A DNA stretch of 6,799 bases. Origin: a virus. The number at the start of each line of letters is the position of its first letter. Position 1 is the first letter of the stretch. Below, piece after piece: positions 5,589-6,799 of this stretch. Position numbers and translations under genes: made by a program. A model generated the notes under the pieces. The model saw only the letters and a program-made list of their open reading frames with translations, made no database searches and was not told the DNA's origin. The stretch is from IMG/VR virus record IMGVR_UViG_3300023490_000072, positions 1 to 6,799 of that record. One strand, 5' to 3'.

Positions 5589-5809
5589 TTTTTTTGCTTA
5601 TGACGGCTAAAGATTATTTGACTGCTCTCAAAGTCATTAGAGAGATTCAGCGCAAACAGGCATATTGTAGTGGTCAATCTAAACTCTATCTTGCTGAAAC
5701 GTTGAAGGAGATTGAAATGTATTGTCCTTTGGATTTTTCCAGAAGTGGCGGTCGTGTTATCGACAAGGTTATTTTAAGTTGTTATGATGGTAATTTATTT
5801 AATACATAG
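5570..5809 (+). CDS. Hypothetical small protein (79 aa, or 69 aa if it starts at ATG 5600)
   Basis: The ORF ends at TAG 5807-5809, 2 nt before the Rep ATG. ATG 5570 overlaps the preceding ORF by 19 nt. The alternative ATG 5600 (MTAKDYLTALKVIREIQRKQ...) has a T-rich upstream context and leaves an 11-nt gap. I recognise no family. Confidence 0.55.
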   Translation: MVQTYLVFLLMTAKDYLTALKVIREIQRKQAYCSGQSKLYLAETLKEIEMYCPLDFSRSGGRVIDKVILSCYDGNLFNT

Positions 5810-5811
5810 AT

Positions 5812-6799
5812 ATGGCTTTATTTCCGCGATGCAATAATCCTGTTCCTGTCGTTGGTCGACATGGTGTTACTCTTGTTGGTTGTCACTCGTGTATTCAATG
5901 CCGTGTTGCCGCACAGGAGCATCTTTGCAAAATACTCGAGGTAGAAGCTTCTAAACATAAATATGTTGAATTTATTACTAATACGTATGATGATGAACAT
6001 CTTCCGTATATAGATACTTCTTATATGTATCCGTTTGGTTATGCTATTCGTGTTCCTAATCGGGTTATTAAGAAATATAATCGTAGAACTAAAAGTTTTT
6101 ATCTTGTTGAGGATAAAGTTTCTAAGTCTTTTCAACTTACAGATTTTGGAACTATAGATACTGCTGCTATGCTTCGTGACTACTATGCACGTATTGCTAA
6201 ATATTATAGTAGATTTCCTTTTCGGTCACGGGGCATACGTAATAATTCTGTTATCCCCATACTTTGGTATGATGATATACGAAAATATATTGGTCGTTTA
6301 AGAAAATGGTTTTTGAAAGAATATGGTGAAAAAATACGCTACTACATTATTTGCGAATACGGAACACAATCATTCCGTCCGCATTATCATATCCTACTAT
6401 TCCACGACTCGCCTAGAGCGAGAGCGGATTTTAGGGATGTTCGGTCTTTGCCAATGTCCACAAGAGACAATCCCAGAGAAGTTTGTATTAAACTCGATTT
6501 GGCTCAATTATGGCTCTATGGTGATACGACTACAAAGGTTACCGATGGAAATATGCAAGAATACGTTTCTAAGTATCTTACACAACATTCTGATTTCCCT
6601 CGAGTGCTTGACAAGTTTCCACAAAGGAGTTTTCACTCAATCTTATTGGGTTCAAAGAGCAAATCAGAGATTAAAGAACTTTTTACCGTTAGAGACTTCG
6701 AAGCACTTACTACAGATTATGTTGTTAACAAAAAAGGTATCAGACGCCCTATTTCCATGTCAGATGCGTATTACTCTCAACTGTCCGTTAGATTTACAG
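5812..6799 (+). CDS. VP4: N-terminal part of the replication initiation protein (HUH rolling-circle Rep, phiX174 gpA / VP4 family); the ORF is open at the window end and continues at base 1, giving 517 aa in total
   Basis: My manual translation from ATG 5812 finds no stop through 6799. It begins MALFPRCNNPVPV...GCHSCIQCR, a Cys cluster. Motif I-like FITNTY is at 5971-5988. The HUH motif RPHYHILLF has HYH at 6382-6390. The twin-tyrosine motif EYVSKYL has YVSKY at 6562-6576, with the same Y-x-x-K-Y spacing as the phiX174 A-protein active site. The ORF track omits this ORF because it has no stop inside the window. Confidence 0.93.
   Translation, partial: MALFPRCNNPVPVVGRHGVTLVGCHSCIQCRVAAQEHLCKILEVEASKHKYVEFITNTYDDEHLPYIDTSYMYPFGYAIRVPNRVIKKYNRRTKSFYLVEDKVSKSFQLTDFGTIDTAAMLRDYYARIAKYYSRFPFRSRGIRNNSVIPILWYDDIRKYIGRLRKWFLKEYGEKIRYYIICEYGTQSFRPHYHILLFHDSPRARADFRDVRSLPMSTRDNPREVCIKLDLAQLWLYGDTTTKVTDGNMQEYVSKYLTQHSDFPRVLDKFPQRSFHSILLGSKSKSEIKELFTVRDFEALTTDYVVNKKGIRRPISMSDAYYSQLSVRFT
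6745..6799. repeat. Terminal direct repeat, copy 2, identical to 1..55
   Basis: Exact 55/55 identity with bases 1-55. It is redundant sequence from a circular molecule and most likely an assembly overlap. Confidence 0.95.

Noticed and set aside
5705-5719. A perfect AAGGAG 6 nt upstream of ATG 5717, plus other AAGGAG strings at 3071-3076 and 3175-3180
   Set aside because: ATG 5717 is in frame inside ORF 5570-5809 and would only give a 30-aa truncated form. The other sites have no ATG at an appropriate distance and sit in purine-rich Lys/Glu-coding sequence. None of the major genes uses an SD, so these are probably coincidental.
1-6799. Checked for tRNA or rRNA genes, CRISPR arrays, an integrase or transposase, and att-type flanks
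   Set aside because: There are no spaced direct-repeat arrays, no cloverleaf-compatible segments that I could find by eye, and no ORF with recombinase-like motifs. The only long direct repeat is the 55-nt terminal overlap, which circularity explains.

Overview
The window is a complete, circularly permuted genome of a small ssDNA phage of the family Microviridae. Bases 1-55 recur exactly at 6745-6799, so the unit length is 6,744 nt. The large capsid and Rep proteins, the gene order and the expression signals most resemble the Bacteroidetes-associated Alpavirinae-type lineage; this assignment is from memory and is not searched. All credible genes lie on the + strand, which is visibly T-rich with mostly T-ending codons. 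The gene content, in order: (1) an HUH rolling-circle Rep (VP4-like) starts at 5812, runs off the window end and finishes at 621, so the track ORF 13..621 is only its C-terminus; (2) major capsid protein VP1, 627-2681; (3) a 149-aa protein with an acidic, coiled-coil tail, 2699-3148, possibly a scaffold; (4) a VP2-like pilot or minor capsid protein, 3157-4614; (5) a hairpin terminator; (6) a non-coding region of about 590 nt, unusually long for this family, holding a 67-nt compound hairpin and a cluster of three further hairpins; (7) a Bacteroidetes-type promoter (TTTG-N21-TAtcTTTG); (8) three tightly packed small ORFs leading into Rep. The first small ORF has a textbook lipoprotein signal peptide (lipobox LTSC) and a mature part of only 40 aa. 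I see no recognisable lysis gene, integrase, tRNA or CRISPR. The items most worth follow-up are the tiny lipoprotein and small-ORF cassette and the structured non-coding region, which is a candidate replication-origin or priming element.
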